This document shows, in pieces, positions 1-8,815 of a stretch of 45,334 nucleotides of DNA. The stretch is from a virus (Duplodnaviria > Heunggongvirae > Uroviricota > Caudoviricetes): IMG/VR virus record IMGVR_UViG_2663763534_000006, one strand, 5' to 3'. The notes beneath the pieces are model-generated. The model had not been told where the DNA came from, did no database searches, and was given only the letters and a program-made list of their open reading frames with translations. Made by a program: the position numbers and the translations under genes. How positions within the stretch are numbered: the first letter of the stretch is position 1; each line of letters opens with the position of its first letter.

Positions 1-1143
1 CTATGCTGTTTTGATATCTACGATAATCCAGTCTTTACCACGATCATCATTGTATCGGTCGGTCATTTTTCTGGATTTATGGCCTAACAACTTTTGCGTA
101 TCCAGACCCTGTTCCCGATATAACCGTTCTGACAGAGATCGCTGCTCATGAAATGTGGGCGCAGTTCCTTGCTCCCATTTTATGCCACATTTTTCCCGGG
201 CCTTTTTAAAAGCCGTTGTCAGAGTATTCGCAGAAACCTGGTCTCCTCTGTTTGCTTGAGAGGTAGTGTGACGGTAATGGACCAGATATTTACTAACAAC
301 AGCATCCCTGCACTGAGATATAACTTCACGAAGGGTAATATTCAGAGCATCGCATTTCAGGTTAAGCGGAATAGCAAGTTTTGAACCGGTTTTTTCCTGA
401 GTAATGTGCAACATGTCGTCCCATATATCAGAGAATTTCAAATTGCAGATATCGCCTAAACGTTGTCCAGTAACAAGAGCAAGTAGCATGCCGCATTTTA
501 AATAGGGCTGCCGTCTGCTTACGCTGTCAAATATTGCCTGCCATTCGGGCAGTGACAATCTTTGGCGGTTTACTCGATTTCGCGGTTGTTTTGTTGCCTG
601 CGCTGGGTTAAATCCTGGCGGAACATGTCCTGCGTGTTGTGCTTCTTTGAAGACGTCGATCAACACCATTCTCACGACTTGCGCCATCCTGTTATGACCT
701 TCAGCCTTTACAGCATCAATTATTTCGGCAATATCAAGTGCGGTAATATCCTTGAGGTGTTGCATTCCACAATGCTCACGGAAAAGACGAATGGGTTTGC
801 CTTTTTGCCGATAGGAGTTGGGTCTTAGTTCATTATGTTGCAGCCTGTCCTCTTGGATAGAAATATATTTATCAAGCCATTCTGTCACCGTAATGTCTGA
901 GCGCCTGCCTTTCATTCTTTCCAGACGCTCATTGACGCTTAATATTTGTCTGGTACGTTGTTCAGCAATAATGGTATTTGCTTCAGTAGCAACTTGTTTT
1001 GCTTCATTCTCATCAGTTCCTAAGCTATGAAAACGACCGGATAGTGGATGTTTGTATTGCCAATATACCTTTCCGGTTCGCTTATCTAATTTGCAATATA
1101 AATTGGGTATAGAGATTTTGTGAGATCGGGGTCTAGCAGCCAT
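1..1143 (-). CDS. int: Phage tyrosine integrase (site-specific recombinase)
   Basis: 380-aa ORF with lambdoid integrase C-terminal catalytic region (HEQRSLSERLY...LLGHK); resembles Rac-type IntR by recall. Stop codon at window positions 1-3, so the att site would lie off-window to the left. Confidence 0.9.
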   Translation of the reverse strand: MAARPRSHKISIPNLYCKLDKRTGKVYWQYKHPLSGRFHSLGTDENEAKQVATEANTIIAEQRTRQILSVNERLERMKGRRSDITVTEWLDKYISIQEDRLQHNELRPNSYRQKGKPIRLFREHCGMQHLKDITALDIAEIIDAVKAEGHNRMAQVVRMVLIDVFKEAQHAGHVPPGFNPAQATKQPRNRVNRQRLSLPEWQAIFDSVSRRQPYLKCGMLLALVTGQRLGDICNLKFSDIWDDMLHITQEKTGSKLAIPLNLKCDALNITLREVISQCRDAVVSKYLVHYRHTTSQANRGDQVSANTLTTAFKKAREKCGIKWEQGTAPTFHEQRSLSERLYREQGLDTQKLLGHKSRKMTDRYNDDRGKDWIIVDIKTA

Positions 1144-1369
1144 CAGCGATTATCCTTTGGAGTTTTGGGTTTGCGTTTATTGGGAGTTGCGGTTCTGCAA
1201 GCGTTCCTACAAAACGGGAATTTCGGTCAATCATCCAGTAGCGACCAACTTTTATAGCGGGTGGGGCCATCATTTTCCCTTGCGCGTATTTTTTCAGAAC
1301 TCGCTCACTTGGTGCTAAGTCCCCAAATTCTTCTTTAGCCCAGTCCTGTAAAGTGATTAGTCGAGACAT
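1133..1369 (-). CDS. xis: Excisionase-like protein
   Basis: 78-aa ORF directly upstream of int, overlapping its start by 11 nt; has the LTLQ-W ... PP-K-GR-W pattern of lambda-type Xis. Confidence 0.6.
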   Translation of the reverse strand: MSRLITLQDWAKEEFGDLAPSERVLKKYAQGKMMAPPAIKVGRYWMIDRNSRFVGTLAEPQLPINANPKLQRIIADGC

Positions 1370-1508
1370 TTGTCCTCCTCTTAGCTGCTGAGGGAGTTTG
1401 TGACCGATATATCTGACATGATATTAAGCTCATGGCAGGTACATCTCTTGACTGGTCATAGAGATAAATTTAATGCTGAGAAATGCAGTATTGAATTTAT
1501 CAATTTTT

Positions 1509-1748
1509 CTATTTCCTGCGCATGTCACGTAACTTCTTAATGTGTTCTGCCGTTTCGATCTCTTCTGCTATCCGATCTGCATCAGCTTTATTCACAGGTT
1601 CAAAGTCATGATTAAAGCGGAACATGCTGGCGATACATGTTCTGCCTTTTCGGATGTAGTGAACTTTGTTGTGGGTAGAACGCAGGATTTTGCAGGGAGT
1701 GCCGTGGTGGTCGACGTACCAGGTGTTAGGGTCAATCACTCTGAACAT
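1509..1748 (-). CDS. Hypothetical protein (int-proximal small gene)
   Basis: 79-aa ORF in the leftward operon between xis and the lambda-like small ORFs; no recognisable motif. Confidence 0.4.
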   Translation of the reverse strand: MFRVIDPNTWYVDHHGTPCKILRSTHNKVHYIRKGRTCIASMFRFNHDFEPVNKADADRIAEEIETAEHIKKLRDMRRK

Positions 1749-2061
1749 TCTTGACCTTGTGTTGTGCGGATTGATATTCAGTGCTGATATTCACCTTTAT
1801 AGCGAACACCTTTACCGGTTTATCGCCAAAGTGCGGATGTGTGATTGTCTTCACTTCATATCCGTCATACGGAACATCAATTCTGCGACTGGAATCGTCG
1901 CGCTTCGGATATCCCTTTGTGATAATCAGGCGGTCATATTCCCGGAACATAATTCGCTTATTCCAGTAGTCATTACACAAGCGATACTCTTCCGTTTTCT
2001 CTCCGCGAATCATGGCATCGAAGTATTCACTTTTAACAGCAAGTTGCAGGTTAGCCATCAC
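1732..2061 (-). CDS. Hypothetical protein
   Basis: 109-aa ORF, same strand, short overlap with neighbours; function unknown. Confidence 0.45.
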   Translation of the reverse strand: MMANLQLAVKSEYFDAMIRGEKTEEYRLCNDYWNKRIMFREYDRLIITKGYPKRDDSSRRIDVPYDGYEVKTITHPHFGDKPVKVFAIKVNISTEYQSAQHKVKNVQSD

Positions 2062-2279
2062 TTAATCCCCCTTTGTTTGCGGATAAGCTCCAGATCTTGC
2101 TGGCAACTGGCGCAAGTCCGACAACCCTGAACGGCCAGGCGTCTTCGTTCATCTATCGGATCGCCACACTCACAACAATGAGTGGCAGATACAGCCAGGT
2201 AGTTCAGGCGGCGCATTTTTATTGCTGTGTTGCGCTGTAATTCTTCTATTTCTGATGCTGAATCAATGATGTCTGCCAT
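2058..2279 (-). CDS. TraR/DksA-family C4-type zinc-finger protein
   Basis: 73-aa ORF with CxxC...CxxC spacing (CCECGDPI...CRTCASC) typical of TraR/DksA-family phage proteins; 4-nt overlap with the downstream ORF. Confidence 0.6.
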   Translation of the reverse strand: MADIIDSASEIEELQRNTAIKMRRLNYLAVSATHCCECGDPIDERRRLAVQGCRTCASCQQDLELIRKQRGIK

Positions 2280-2332
2280 CTTTCATTAATCCCTGAACTG
2301 TTGGTTAATACGCTTGAGGGTGAATGCGAACA

Positions 2333-2355
2333 ATAAAAAAGGAGCCTGTAGCTCC
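2333..2355 (-). terminator. Intrinsic terminator candidate (leftward transcription)
   Basis: Hairpin GGAGCctgtaGCTCC followed on the minus strand by a run of 6 T; lies after the orf60a-like gene. Confidence 0.4.
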
Positions 2356-2472
2356 CTGATAATTTTGCTTTTCATGTTCATCGTTCCTTAAAGACGCCGT
2401 TTAACATGCCGATTGCCAGGCTTAAATGAGTCGGTGTGAATCCCTTCAGCGTTACCGTTTCGCGGTGCTTCT

Positions 2473-2655
2473 TCAGTACGCTACGGCAAATGTCATTGAC
2501 GTTTTTGGAAACTGCTGTCTGACTTTTTTGATTTCAGAATTAGCCTGACGGGCAATGCTGCGAAGGGCGTTTTCTTGCTGAGGTGTCACTGAACAAGCCC
2601 CATGTCGGCAAGCATAAGCACACAGAATATGAAGCCCGCTGCCAGAAAAATGCAT
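2473..2655 (-). CDS. Small ORF (lambda orf60a-like)
   Basis: 60-aa ORF in the position and with the size of lambda orf60a; identity by recall only. Confidence 0.35.
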   Translation of the reverse strand: MHFSGSGLHILCAYACRHGACSVTPQQENALRSIARQANSEIKKVRQQFPKTSMTFAVAY

Positions 2656-2665
2656 TCAGTGGTTG

Positions 2666-2857
2666 TCATACCTGGTCTCTCTCATCTGCTTCTGCTTTCG
2701 CCACCATCATTTCCAGCTTTTGTGAAAGGGATGTGGCTAACGTATGAAATTCTTCGTCTGTTTCTGCTGGTATTGGCACAAACCTGACTCCAATTTGAGC
2801 AAGGCTATGTGCCAAATCAATACTCGTTCTTAACTCAACAGGAGATGCTTTGTGCAT
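2666..2857 (-). CDS. Small ORF (lambda orf63-like)
   Basis: 63-aa ORF between the orf60a-like gene and exo, matching lambda orf63 in size and position. Confidence 0.4.
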   Translation of the reverse strand: MHKASPVELRTSIDLAHSLAQIGVRFVPIPAETDEEFHTLATSLSQKLEMMVAKAEADERDQV

Positions 2858-3018
2858 ACCGCCCCCCGTTTATTATTTATCTCCTCAGCCAGCCGCTGGG
2901 CTTTCAGCGGATTTCGGATAACAGAAAGACCGTGAAATACCCAGCCTCGCTTTGTAACGGAGTAGACGAAAGTGATCGCGCCTACCCGGATATTATCGTG
3001 AGGATGGGTCATCGCCAT
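2830..3018 (-). CDS. Small ORF (lambda orf61-like)
   Basis: 62-aa ORF immediately upstream of exo on the same strand; size and position as lambda orf61. Confidence 0.35.
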   Translation of the reverse strand: MAMTHPHDNIRVGAITFVYSVTKRGWVFHGLSVIRNPLKAQRLAEEINNKRGAVCTKHLLLS

Positions 3019-3689
3019 TGCTCTCCAAATACAAAACCAATTTCAGCCAGTGCTTCGTCCATTTTTTCGATGAACTCCGGCACCATCTCGTCAAAACTCG
3101 CCATGTACTTTTCATCCCGCTCAACCACGACATAATGCAGGCCTTCACGCTTCATTCGTGGGTCATAGTTGGCAAAGTACCAGGCATCTTTTCGTGTCAC
3201 CCACATGCTGTACTGCACCTGGGCCATGTAAGCCGACTTTATGGCCTCGAAACCACCGAGCCGGAACTTCATGAAATCCCGGGAGGTAAACGGGCATTTC
3301 AGCTCAAGGCCATTGCCGTCACTGCATAAACCATCGGGAGAGCAGGCGGTGCGCATACTTTCGTCGCGATAGATGATCGGGGATTCAGTAACATTCACGC
3401 CGGAAGTGAATTCAAACAGGGTTCTGGCGTCGTTCTCGTACTGTTTTCCCCACGCCAGCGCCTTAGCATTAACTTCCGGAGCCACACCGGTGCAAACCTC
3501 AGCCAGCAGGGTGTGGAAGTAGGACATTTTCATGTCAGGCCACTTCTTTCCTGAGCGGGGCTTTGCTATCACGTTGTGAACTTCTGAAGCGGTGATGACG
3601 CCGAGCCGTAATTTGTGCCATGCATCATCCCCCTGTTCGACAGCTCTCACGTCGATCCCGGTACGCTGCAGGATAATGTCCGGTGTCAT
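3009..3689 (-). CDS. exo: Lambda exonuclease (Red alpha)
   Basis: 226-aa translation starting [38 protein letters not shown] matches lambda Exo essentially along its length; 4-nt overlap with bet. Confidence 0.95.
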   Translation of the reverse strand: MTPDIILQRTGIDVRAVEQGDDAWHKLRLGVITASEVHNVIAKPRSGKKWPDMKMSYFHTLLAEVCTGVAPEVNAKALAWGKQYENDARTLFEFTSGVNVTESPIIYRDESMRTACSPDGLCSDGNGLELKCPFTSRDFMKFRLGGFEAIKSAYMAQVQYSMWVTRKDAWYFANYDPRMKREGLHYVVVERDEKYMASFDEMVPEFIEKMDEALAEIGFVFGEQWR

Positions 3690-4471
3690 GCTGCCACCTT
3701 CTGCTCAGTGGCTTTCTGTTTCAGGAATCCAAGAGCTTTCACTGCTTCGGCCTGTGTCAGTTCTGACGATGCGCGAATGTCGCGGCGAAATATCTGGGAA
3801 CAGAGCGGCAATAAGTCGTCATCCCATGTTTTGTCCAGGGCAATCAGCAGAGTGTTAATCTCCTGCATGGTTTCATCGTTAACCGGAGTGATGTCGCGTT
3901 CCGGCTGACGTTCTGCAGTGTATGCGGTATTTTCGACAATGCGCTCGGCTTCATCCTTGTCATAGATACCAGCAAATCCGAAGGCCAGACGGGCACACTG
4001 AATCATGGCTTTATGCCGTAACATCCGTTTGGGATGCGACTGCCACGGCCCCGTGATTTCTCTGCCTTCGCGGGTTTTGAATGGTTCGCGGCGGCATTCA
4101 TCCATCCACTCGGTAACGCAGATCGGATGATTGCGGTCTTTGCGGTAAATCCGGCATGTACATGATTCATTGTCCTGCTCAAAGTCCATACCATCAAACT
4201 GCTGGTTTTCATTGATGATGCGGGACCAGCCATCAACGCCCACCACCGGAACAATGCCGTTCTGCTTATCAGGGAAGGCGTAAATTTCTTTCGTCCACGG
4301 ATTAAGGCCGTACTGGTTGGCGACGATCAACAATGCGATGAACTGCGCATCGCTGGCATCACCTTTAAATGCCGTCTGGCGAAGAGTGGTGATCAGTTCC
4401 TGTGGGTCGACAGAATCCATGCCGACACGTTCAGCCAGCTTCCCTGCCAGCGTTGCGAGTGCTGTACTCAT
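3686..4471 (-). CDS. bet: Red beta single-strand annealing protein
   Basis: 261-aa translation starting [38 protein letters not shown] matches lambda Bet. Confidence 0.95.
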   Translation of the reverse strand: MSTALATLAGKLAERVGMDSVDPQELITTLRQTAFKGDASDAQFIALLIVANQYGLNPWTKEIYAFPDKQNGIVPVVGVDGWSRIINENQQFDGMDFEQDNESCTCRIYRKDRNHPICVTEWMDECRREPFKTREGREITGPWQSHPKRMLRHKAMIQCARLAFGFAGIYDKDEAERIVENTAYTAERQPERDITPVNDETMQEINTLLIALDKTWDDDLLPLCSQIFRRDIRASSELTQAEAVKALGFLKQKATEQKVAA

Positions 4472-4476
4472 CCGTT

Positions 4477-4773
4477 TTATACCTCTGAATCAATATCAGC
4501 CTGATGGTGAGCAATGGTTTCAACTATGTACCGGATGTGTTCTGCCATGCGCTCCTGAAACTCAACATCGTCATCAAACGCACGGGTAATGGCTTTTTTG
4601 CTGGCCCCGTGGCGTTGTAAATGATCGATGCATAGCGATTCAAACAGGTGCTGGGGCAGGCCTTTTTCCATGTCGTCTGCCAGTTCTGCCTCTTTCTCTT
4701 CACGGGCGATCTGCTGGTAGTGACGCGCCCAGCTCTGAGCCTCAAGACGATCCTGAATGTAATAAGCGTTCAT
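4477..4773 (-). CDS. gam: Gam, RecBCD inhibitor (short form)
   Basis: 98-aa translation [56 protein letters not shown] matches the GamS portion of lambda Gam; an in-frame stop with no ATG upstream excludes the long form. Confidence 0.85.
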   Translation of the reverse strand: MNAYYIQDRLEAQSWARHYQQIAREEKEAELADDMEKGLPQHLFESLCIDHLQRHGASKKAITRAFDDDVEFQERMAEHIRYIVETIAHHQADIDSEV

Positions 4774-4848
4774 GGCTGAACTCCTGAAAATGGCTGTGAA
4801 AATATCGCCCGCGAAATGCCAGGCTGATTAGGAAAACAGGAAAGGGGG

Positions 4849-4992
4849 TTAGTGAATGCTTTTGCTTGATCTCAGTTTCAGTATTAATATCCATTTTTTA
4901 TAAGCGTCGACGGCCTCACGAAACATCTTTTCATCGCCAATAAAAGTGGCGATAGTGAATTTAGTCTGGATAGCCATAATTGTTTGATCCAT
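4849..4992 (-). CDS. kil: Kil (host killing / FtsZ inhibitor)
   Basis: 47-aa internal-Met [50 protein letters not shown], with the size and position of lambda kil, overlapping the cIII 3' end as in lambda. Confidence 0.7.
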   Translation of the reverse strand: MDQTIMAIQTKFTIATFIGDEKMFREAVDAYKKWILILKLRSSKSIH

Positions 4993-5125
4993 TTTTTGGG
5001 ACTCCTGGCTGATTAAGTATGTCGATAAGGCGTTTCCATCCGTCACGTAATTTACGGGTGATTCGTTCAAGTAAAGATTCGGAAGGGCAGCCAGCAACAG
5101 GCCACCCTGCAATGGCATATTGCAT
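4961..5125 (-). CDS. cIII: CIII (FtsH inhibitor, lysogeny regulator)
   Basis: 54-codon ORF (below the ORF-track cutoff) read from the reverse strand: MQYAIAGWP...YGYPD, with a TAA stop at 4961-4963; matches lambda cIII. Confidence 0.8.
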   Translation of the reverse strand: MQYAIAGWPVAGCPSESLLERITRKLRDGWKRLIDILNQPGVPKNGSNNYGYPD

Positions 5126-5197
5126 GGTGTGCTCCTTATTTATACATAACGAAAAACGCCTCGAGTGAAGCGTAATTGGTATGCGGTAACGCCGCGC

Positions 5198-5566
5198 TCA
5201 GGCGGCCTTGATAGTCATATCATCTGAATCAAATATTCCTGATGTATCGATATCGGTAATTCTTATTCCTTCACTACCATCCATTGGAGGCCATCCTTCC
5301 TGACCATTTCCATCATTCCAGTCGAACTCACACACAACACCATATGCATTTAAGTCGCTTGAAATTGCTATAAGCAGAGCATGTTGCGCCAGCATGATTA
5401 ATACAGCATTTAATACAGAGCCGTGTTTATTGAGTCGGTATTCAGAGTCTGACCAGAAATTATTAATCTGGTGAAGTTTTTCCTCTGTCATTACGTCATG
5501 GTCAATTTCAATTTCTATTGATGCTTTCCAGTCGTAATCAATGATGTATTTTTTGATGTTTGACAT
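5198..5566 (-). CDS. ea10: Ea10-like early protein
   Basis: 122-aa ORF with the size and position of lambda ea10; identity by recall. Confidence 0.7.
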   Translation of the reverse strand: MSNIKKYIIDYDWKASIEIEIDHDVMTEEKLHQINNFWSDSEYRLNKHGSVLNAVLIMLAQHALLIAISSDLNAYGVVCEFDWNDGNGQEGWPPMDGSEGIRITDIDTSGIFDSDDMTIKAA

Positions 5567-5583
5567 CTATTCATATCCTCATA

Positions 5584-5612
5584 GATAAAAAATCGCCCTC
5601 ACACTGGAGGGC
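5584..5612 (-). terminator. Intrinsic terminator candidate in the leftward operon
   Basis: Hairpin GCCCTCacactgGAGGGC followed on the minus strand by a T-run (plus-strand AAAAAAT at 5586-5592), between ral and ea10. Confidence 0.35.
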
Positions 5613-5748
5613 AAAGAAGATTTCCAATAATCAGAACAAGTCGGCTCCTGTTTAGTTACGAGCGACATTGCTCCGTGTATTCACTCGTTGGAATGAATAC
5701 ACAGTGCAGTGTTTATTCTGTTATTTATGCCAAAAATAAAGGCCACTA

Positions 5749-5949
5749 TCAGGCAGCTTTGTTGTTCTGTTTACCAAGTTCTCTGGCAATCATTGCCGTC
5801 GTTCGTATTGCCCATTTATCGACATATTTCCCATCTTCCATTACAGGAAACATTTCTTCAGGCTTAACCATGCATTCCGATTGCAGCTTGCATCCATTGC
5901 ATCGTTTGAATTGTCCACACCATTGATTTGTATCAATAGTCGTAGTCAT
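5749..5949 (-). CDS. ral: Ral (restriction alleviation)
   Basis: 66-aa ORF MTTTIDTNQWCGQFKRCNGCKLQSEC..., lambda Ral size and position. Confidence 0.8.
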   Translation of the reverse strand: MTTTIDTNQWCGQFKRCNGCKLQSECMVKPEEMFPVMEDGKYVDKWAIRTTAMIARELGKQNNKAA

Positions 5950-6019
5950 ACGGATAGTCCTGGTATTGTTCCATCACATCTTGAGGATGCTCTTCGAACT
6001 CTTCAAATTCTTCTTCCAT
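5933..6019 (-). CDS. Very small acidic ORF (lambda orf28-like)
   Basis: 28-codon ORF MEEEFEEFEEHPQDVMEQYQDYPYDYDY read from the reverse strand, overlapping the ral start; low confidence. Confidence 0.25.
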   Translation of the reverse strand: MEEEFEEFEEHPQDVMEQYQDYPYDYDY

Positions 6020-6162
6020 ATATCACCTTAAATAGTGGATTGCGGTAGTAAAGATTGTGCCTGTCTTTTAACCACATCAGGCTCGGTGGTTCTCGTGTAC
6101 CCCTACAACGAGAAATCGGATAAACTCTATTCACCCCTACAGAGAGCAAAAGAGAAACGCCG

Positions 6163-6744
6163 ATGAACAACTCATGGTGGCAGGAACTAATGCATTTTTT
6201 CCTGCAAGGAATGACACTTAAACAGTTGATTCATATGCTAATCATCCTGATCATATTGATTATTGTTATGCCGGTAAGCGTAAAAGAATGGATAAACCTG
6301 CATAATCCAGAAATCCTTCCTCATTACTGGATGTATTACATCCTGTTGTTTTGCGTTAGCTATGTGCTTAACGGCGTTGTTAATTCCGCTTATCACGCTG
6401 TGACTGAAAGAATTGAGGTATTCGCTGCTCAGAAGCGCAAATCTAAAGAAGAAAAATATGTGCAAGATTTGTTTGATTCGTTAACTCTTGGAGAAAGAGC
6501 GTATTTGGCATTCGCTGTAGCCGCTAATAACCAGCTACAAACGGAAAAGGGCGCTCATGAATCAATTTCATTGCTCAAAAAAGGACTCCTCGTTCGAAGG
6601 CCTCCTGCTGTTGGATATCCTGATACCGACCGTTTCGTTATCCCTGAAAGCTATAGACATGAGTGCTACATTAGGTTTGCCGGGAAGGCAGACAGCCTTA
6701 TGGATGAACTTATCGCTCAGGATAAGCATGGCAAAAACAAGTAA
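6163..6744 (+). CDS. sieB: Superinfection exclusion protein B
   Basis: 193-aa ORF on the opposite strand to the pL operon, with an N-terminal hydrophobic segment (LIHMLIILIILIIVMPV); resembles lambda/Rac SieB by recall. Confidence 0.8.
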   Translation: MNNSWWQELMHFFLQGMTLKQLIHMLIILIILIIVMPVSVKEWINLHNPEILPHYWMYYILLFCVSYVLNGVVNSAYHAVTERIEVFAAQKRKSKEEKYVQDLFDSLTLGERAYLAFAVAANNQLQTEKGAHESISLLKKGLLVRRPPAVGYPDTDRFVIPESYRHECYIRFAGKADSLMDELIAQDKHGKNK

Positions 6745-6760
6745 TTAGCAAATGAATTTA

Positions 6761-7033
6761 TCATCTCGCCGTCAGTTGTTTTGATTTCCGGTAGCCTGCC
6801 GCGTAAAGAGCTACGTTCGGAAGACAAGTTGAACCTTCATATTTTCTGGTCAACGTTGTCAGAGTTATCACTTCTGCTCTCATTGCTGGTTTGAGCTTGC
6901 ATTGCAAGACCACTCGTGAAGGGGTTGGCCTGTGTAGCTTGTCGGAGCTGATCGCCTCCTGACTTTGCAGATTTGCGCGACGAGCTCTACGGCGAGAAGC
7001 TGCGGTGCCTTTAAATTCTGTTTTTCTGGACAT
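6761..7033 (-). CDS. N: N-like transcription antiterminator
   Basis: 90-aa ORF from an internal Met preceded by GGGAGGA; N-terminal arginine-rich motif (KGTAASRRRARRANLQ) as in N proteins; sits between the pL region and sieB/ral. Sequence is not lambda N. Confidence 0.6.
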   Translation of the reverse strand: MSRKTEFKGTAASRRRARRANLQSQEAISSDKLHRPTPSRVVLQCKLKPAMRAEVITLTTLTRKYEGSTCLPNVALYAAGYRKSKQLTAR

Positions 7034-7131
7034 GGATTCCTCCCGAATAAACTTTGGCGATGCAATCTCGAAGCTCCTCCTGAGACGGTTGCTTCGGCAT
7101 TGCATCCCACAGCTTATGTGGTTGGGTGATC

Positions 7132-7178
7132 TGGCTTTTCAGCCACGTAGTCGAGAGTCGACGTTGTTTAAAGAGCCT
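7132..7178 (-). promoter_or_regulatory. nutL candidate (boxA-like plus boxB hairpin)
   Basis: On the minus strand: GGCTCTTT (boxA-like, 7170-7177) then hairpin TGGCT-GAAAA-AGCCA (7132-7145), about 100 nt upstream of the N start; same GAAAA loop as the nutR candidate. Confidence 0.4.
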
Positions 7179-7199
7179 GCCAGTCTGTTCCATTTGGCT

Positions 7200-7440
7200 T
7201 CCAGCGTCCTGCTGACGGTTAAATAGTACGATATGTACTTTACAAGATCAATACAATTTGTTGTAAGTTGGCGTGGTTTTTTATAACGCTTTGTATTTAA
7301 TAGTGTTGTTTTTTAGCGTGGATGTATTGCCTCGGCGATGTAAGGAGAGATCAGAATTGCGTGGTTTAGTGGGTTGCATCTATTTATTTTTCAATAAATA
7401 TAATTGGTTATGTGTTTTTAGGTGGGCGAACGTGAGGCAA
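7200..7440 (-). promoter_or_regulatory. pL/OL region candidate
   Basis: Non-coding interval between N and the cI-linked cassette; contains the palindrome TACAAtttgTTGTA (7252-7265) sharing TTGTA/TACAA half-sites with the cI-cro intergenic region. Confidence 0.35.
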
Positions 7441-7464
7441 AGAAAACCCGGCGCTGAGGCCGGG
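7441..7464 (-). terminator. Intrinsic terminator ending the cI-linked operon
   Basis: Hairpin CCCGGCgctgagGCCGGG (7447-7464) followed on the minus strand by TTTTCTTT, immediately after the stop of the 250-aa ORF. Confidence 0.5.
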
Positions 7465-7469
7465 TTGTA

Positions 7470-8222
7470 TTATGCTGCAAGTCTCTTAACCCAAGTCTCT
7501 CTTTTGGAGAATGGTAGAACTTGGCTTGATTCATGGAAGAGTAAGGAGAGTTGTTGCATTTGATCACCAATTGCTTCGCTGTCTATAACAACAAATCTGT
7601 TGTTATACTCCTCACTTGAAGCTTTAAGATCAATTAGTTTCCCAAGCAATGAGTAAGCACTATTCCAGCTTCCTCCGTGTTTCACGCTTGATGTAAAAAC
7701 GTATTTAGGTATGTCGGTTTTTATTGTTACAGGGACGGTAATTTGATGTCCACTCAAGCCATATACGTTTTCACGAAGAGAAAGTGCGTCTCTAAGCTCT
7801 GTGTGATATAGATAATCAATAACCATACTTTCAAACTTTTCAGCTTGAACTGGCTGATACCAGTCTAACGACAAAGTTGATGCGAGTATACCAGCTCTAA
7901 TTATGTTCGATGTAATCGCACCGACATCCTTTTCTGTTGCCCAAGCAATGATTTCTCCTCGAGCATTGAGTTCTGCGCCTTCTTTAAGCAGTAATTGTCG
8001 TATCTCATCAAGTCGTTTTTTGGTAAGCGAGATCCCTCTTGCCTCCATATTCATTAAGGCATCGCATCTGTCACTAACTAAATACCTACCATTGACTTCA
8101 CGGATAAAGGCACCGACATGCTCTCCATCATCACAGTAAGTGAATGGACTGATAATTCTCAAGGTCTTGCCTATTGGATGGCATTCGAAACCTAGTTGTG
8201 AGATCACTGTTGAGCACATCAT
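7470..8222 (-). CDS. Hypothetical protein, distal gene of cI-linked two-gene cassette (rexB slot)
   Basis: 250-aa ORF, same strand as cI, 4-nt overlap with the upstream ORF; no TM segments or recognisable catalytic motifs; AT-rich relative to flanking lambda-like genes. Confidence 0.6.
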   Translation of the reverse strand: MMCSTVISQLGFECHPIGKTLRIISPFTYCDDGEHVGAFIREVNGRYLVSDRCDALMNMEARGISLTKKRLDEIRQLLLKEGAELNARGEIIAWATEKDVGAITSNIIRAGILASTLSLDWYQPVQAEKFESMVIDYLYHTELRDALSLRENVYGLSGHQITVPVTIKTDIPKYVFTSSVKHGGSWNSAYSLLGKLIDLKASSEEYNNRFVVIDSEAIGDQMQQLSLLFHESSQVLPFSKRETWVKRLAA

Positions 8223-8776
8223 ATTCCAAACCCCATTTGCCCCGACTCATCTTCAAGCGGTAAAGGTATTCTCCCAGAGTAAGTTATGTTCAGATGTTTA
8301 CAGAAGTAATTCCAATACCCTACCAGGTCATCTGGGTTTATGTCATCTTCGATTGGAAACGCTATTCTATCACTATAGTATCCAGCTTCTTCATAGTATA
8401 CATGGTAGTGAGCACCGTAAATGATATCTTGGTACTTCGGATGATCGACCTTGTAACTATTCGTGTGTTTGTCAAAGTGATAGGTATCTACCGCGAAAAC
8501 CCTCTTGTTATGATAGAAAGCAATAATATTTATTTTAGGGTAAGAAATCGGGTCATCAGGTTCTGAATCCTGATCTGGTTTCCATTTCAGTTCAAACTTT
8601 AGCCCTTGTATAGGTATACAATCCTCATCCAAGGGGATGATATGGGCTTGTAGCCACATATCAGAGCGACTTGGTTTCTGTTTCCATTTAACGCCAGAAA
8701 AGTTAACTATTTTTTTACAATAAAGTACTTTATCAACTTCTACTTGGCTTGGCTGATAATCATCTATTTTTGCCAA
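8219..8776 (-). CDS. Hypothetical protein, proximal gene of cI-linked two-gene cassette (rexA slot)
   Basis: 185-aa ORF starting 40 nt after the cI stop on the same strand; apparent TTG start; acidic/aromatic-rich; no recognisable family. Confidence 0.55.
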   Translation of the reverse strand: MAKIDDYQPSQVEVDKVLYCKKIVNFSGVKWKQKPSRSDMWLQAHIIPLDEDCIPIQGLKFELKWKPDQDSEPDDPISYPKINIIAFYHNKRVFAVDTYHFDKHTNSYKVDHPKYQDIIYGAHYHVYYEEAGYYSDRIAFPIEDDINPDDLVGYWNYFCKHLNITYSGRIPLPLEDESGQMGFGI

Positions 8777-8815
8777 TGTTTACCGCCCTGTAAATTGTAG
8801 ATAAAAGTGGTTTCA

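Noticed and set aside
4774-4848. N-terminally extended (long-form) Gam
   Set aside because: Reading upstream in frame from the Gam ATG meets a stop codon with no intervening ATG, so only the short form can be made.
7273-7563. 96-aa plus-strand ORF in the pL/OL region
   Set aside because: Overlaps the operator/promoter region and the terminator of the cI-linked operon; no ribosome-binding site and unprotein-like composition; likely spurious.
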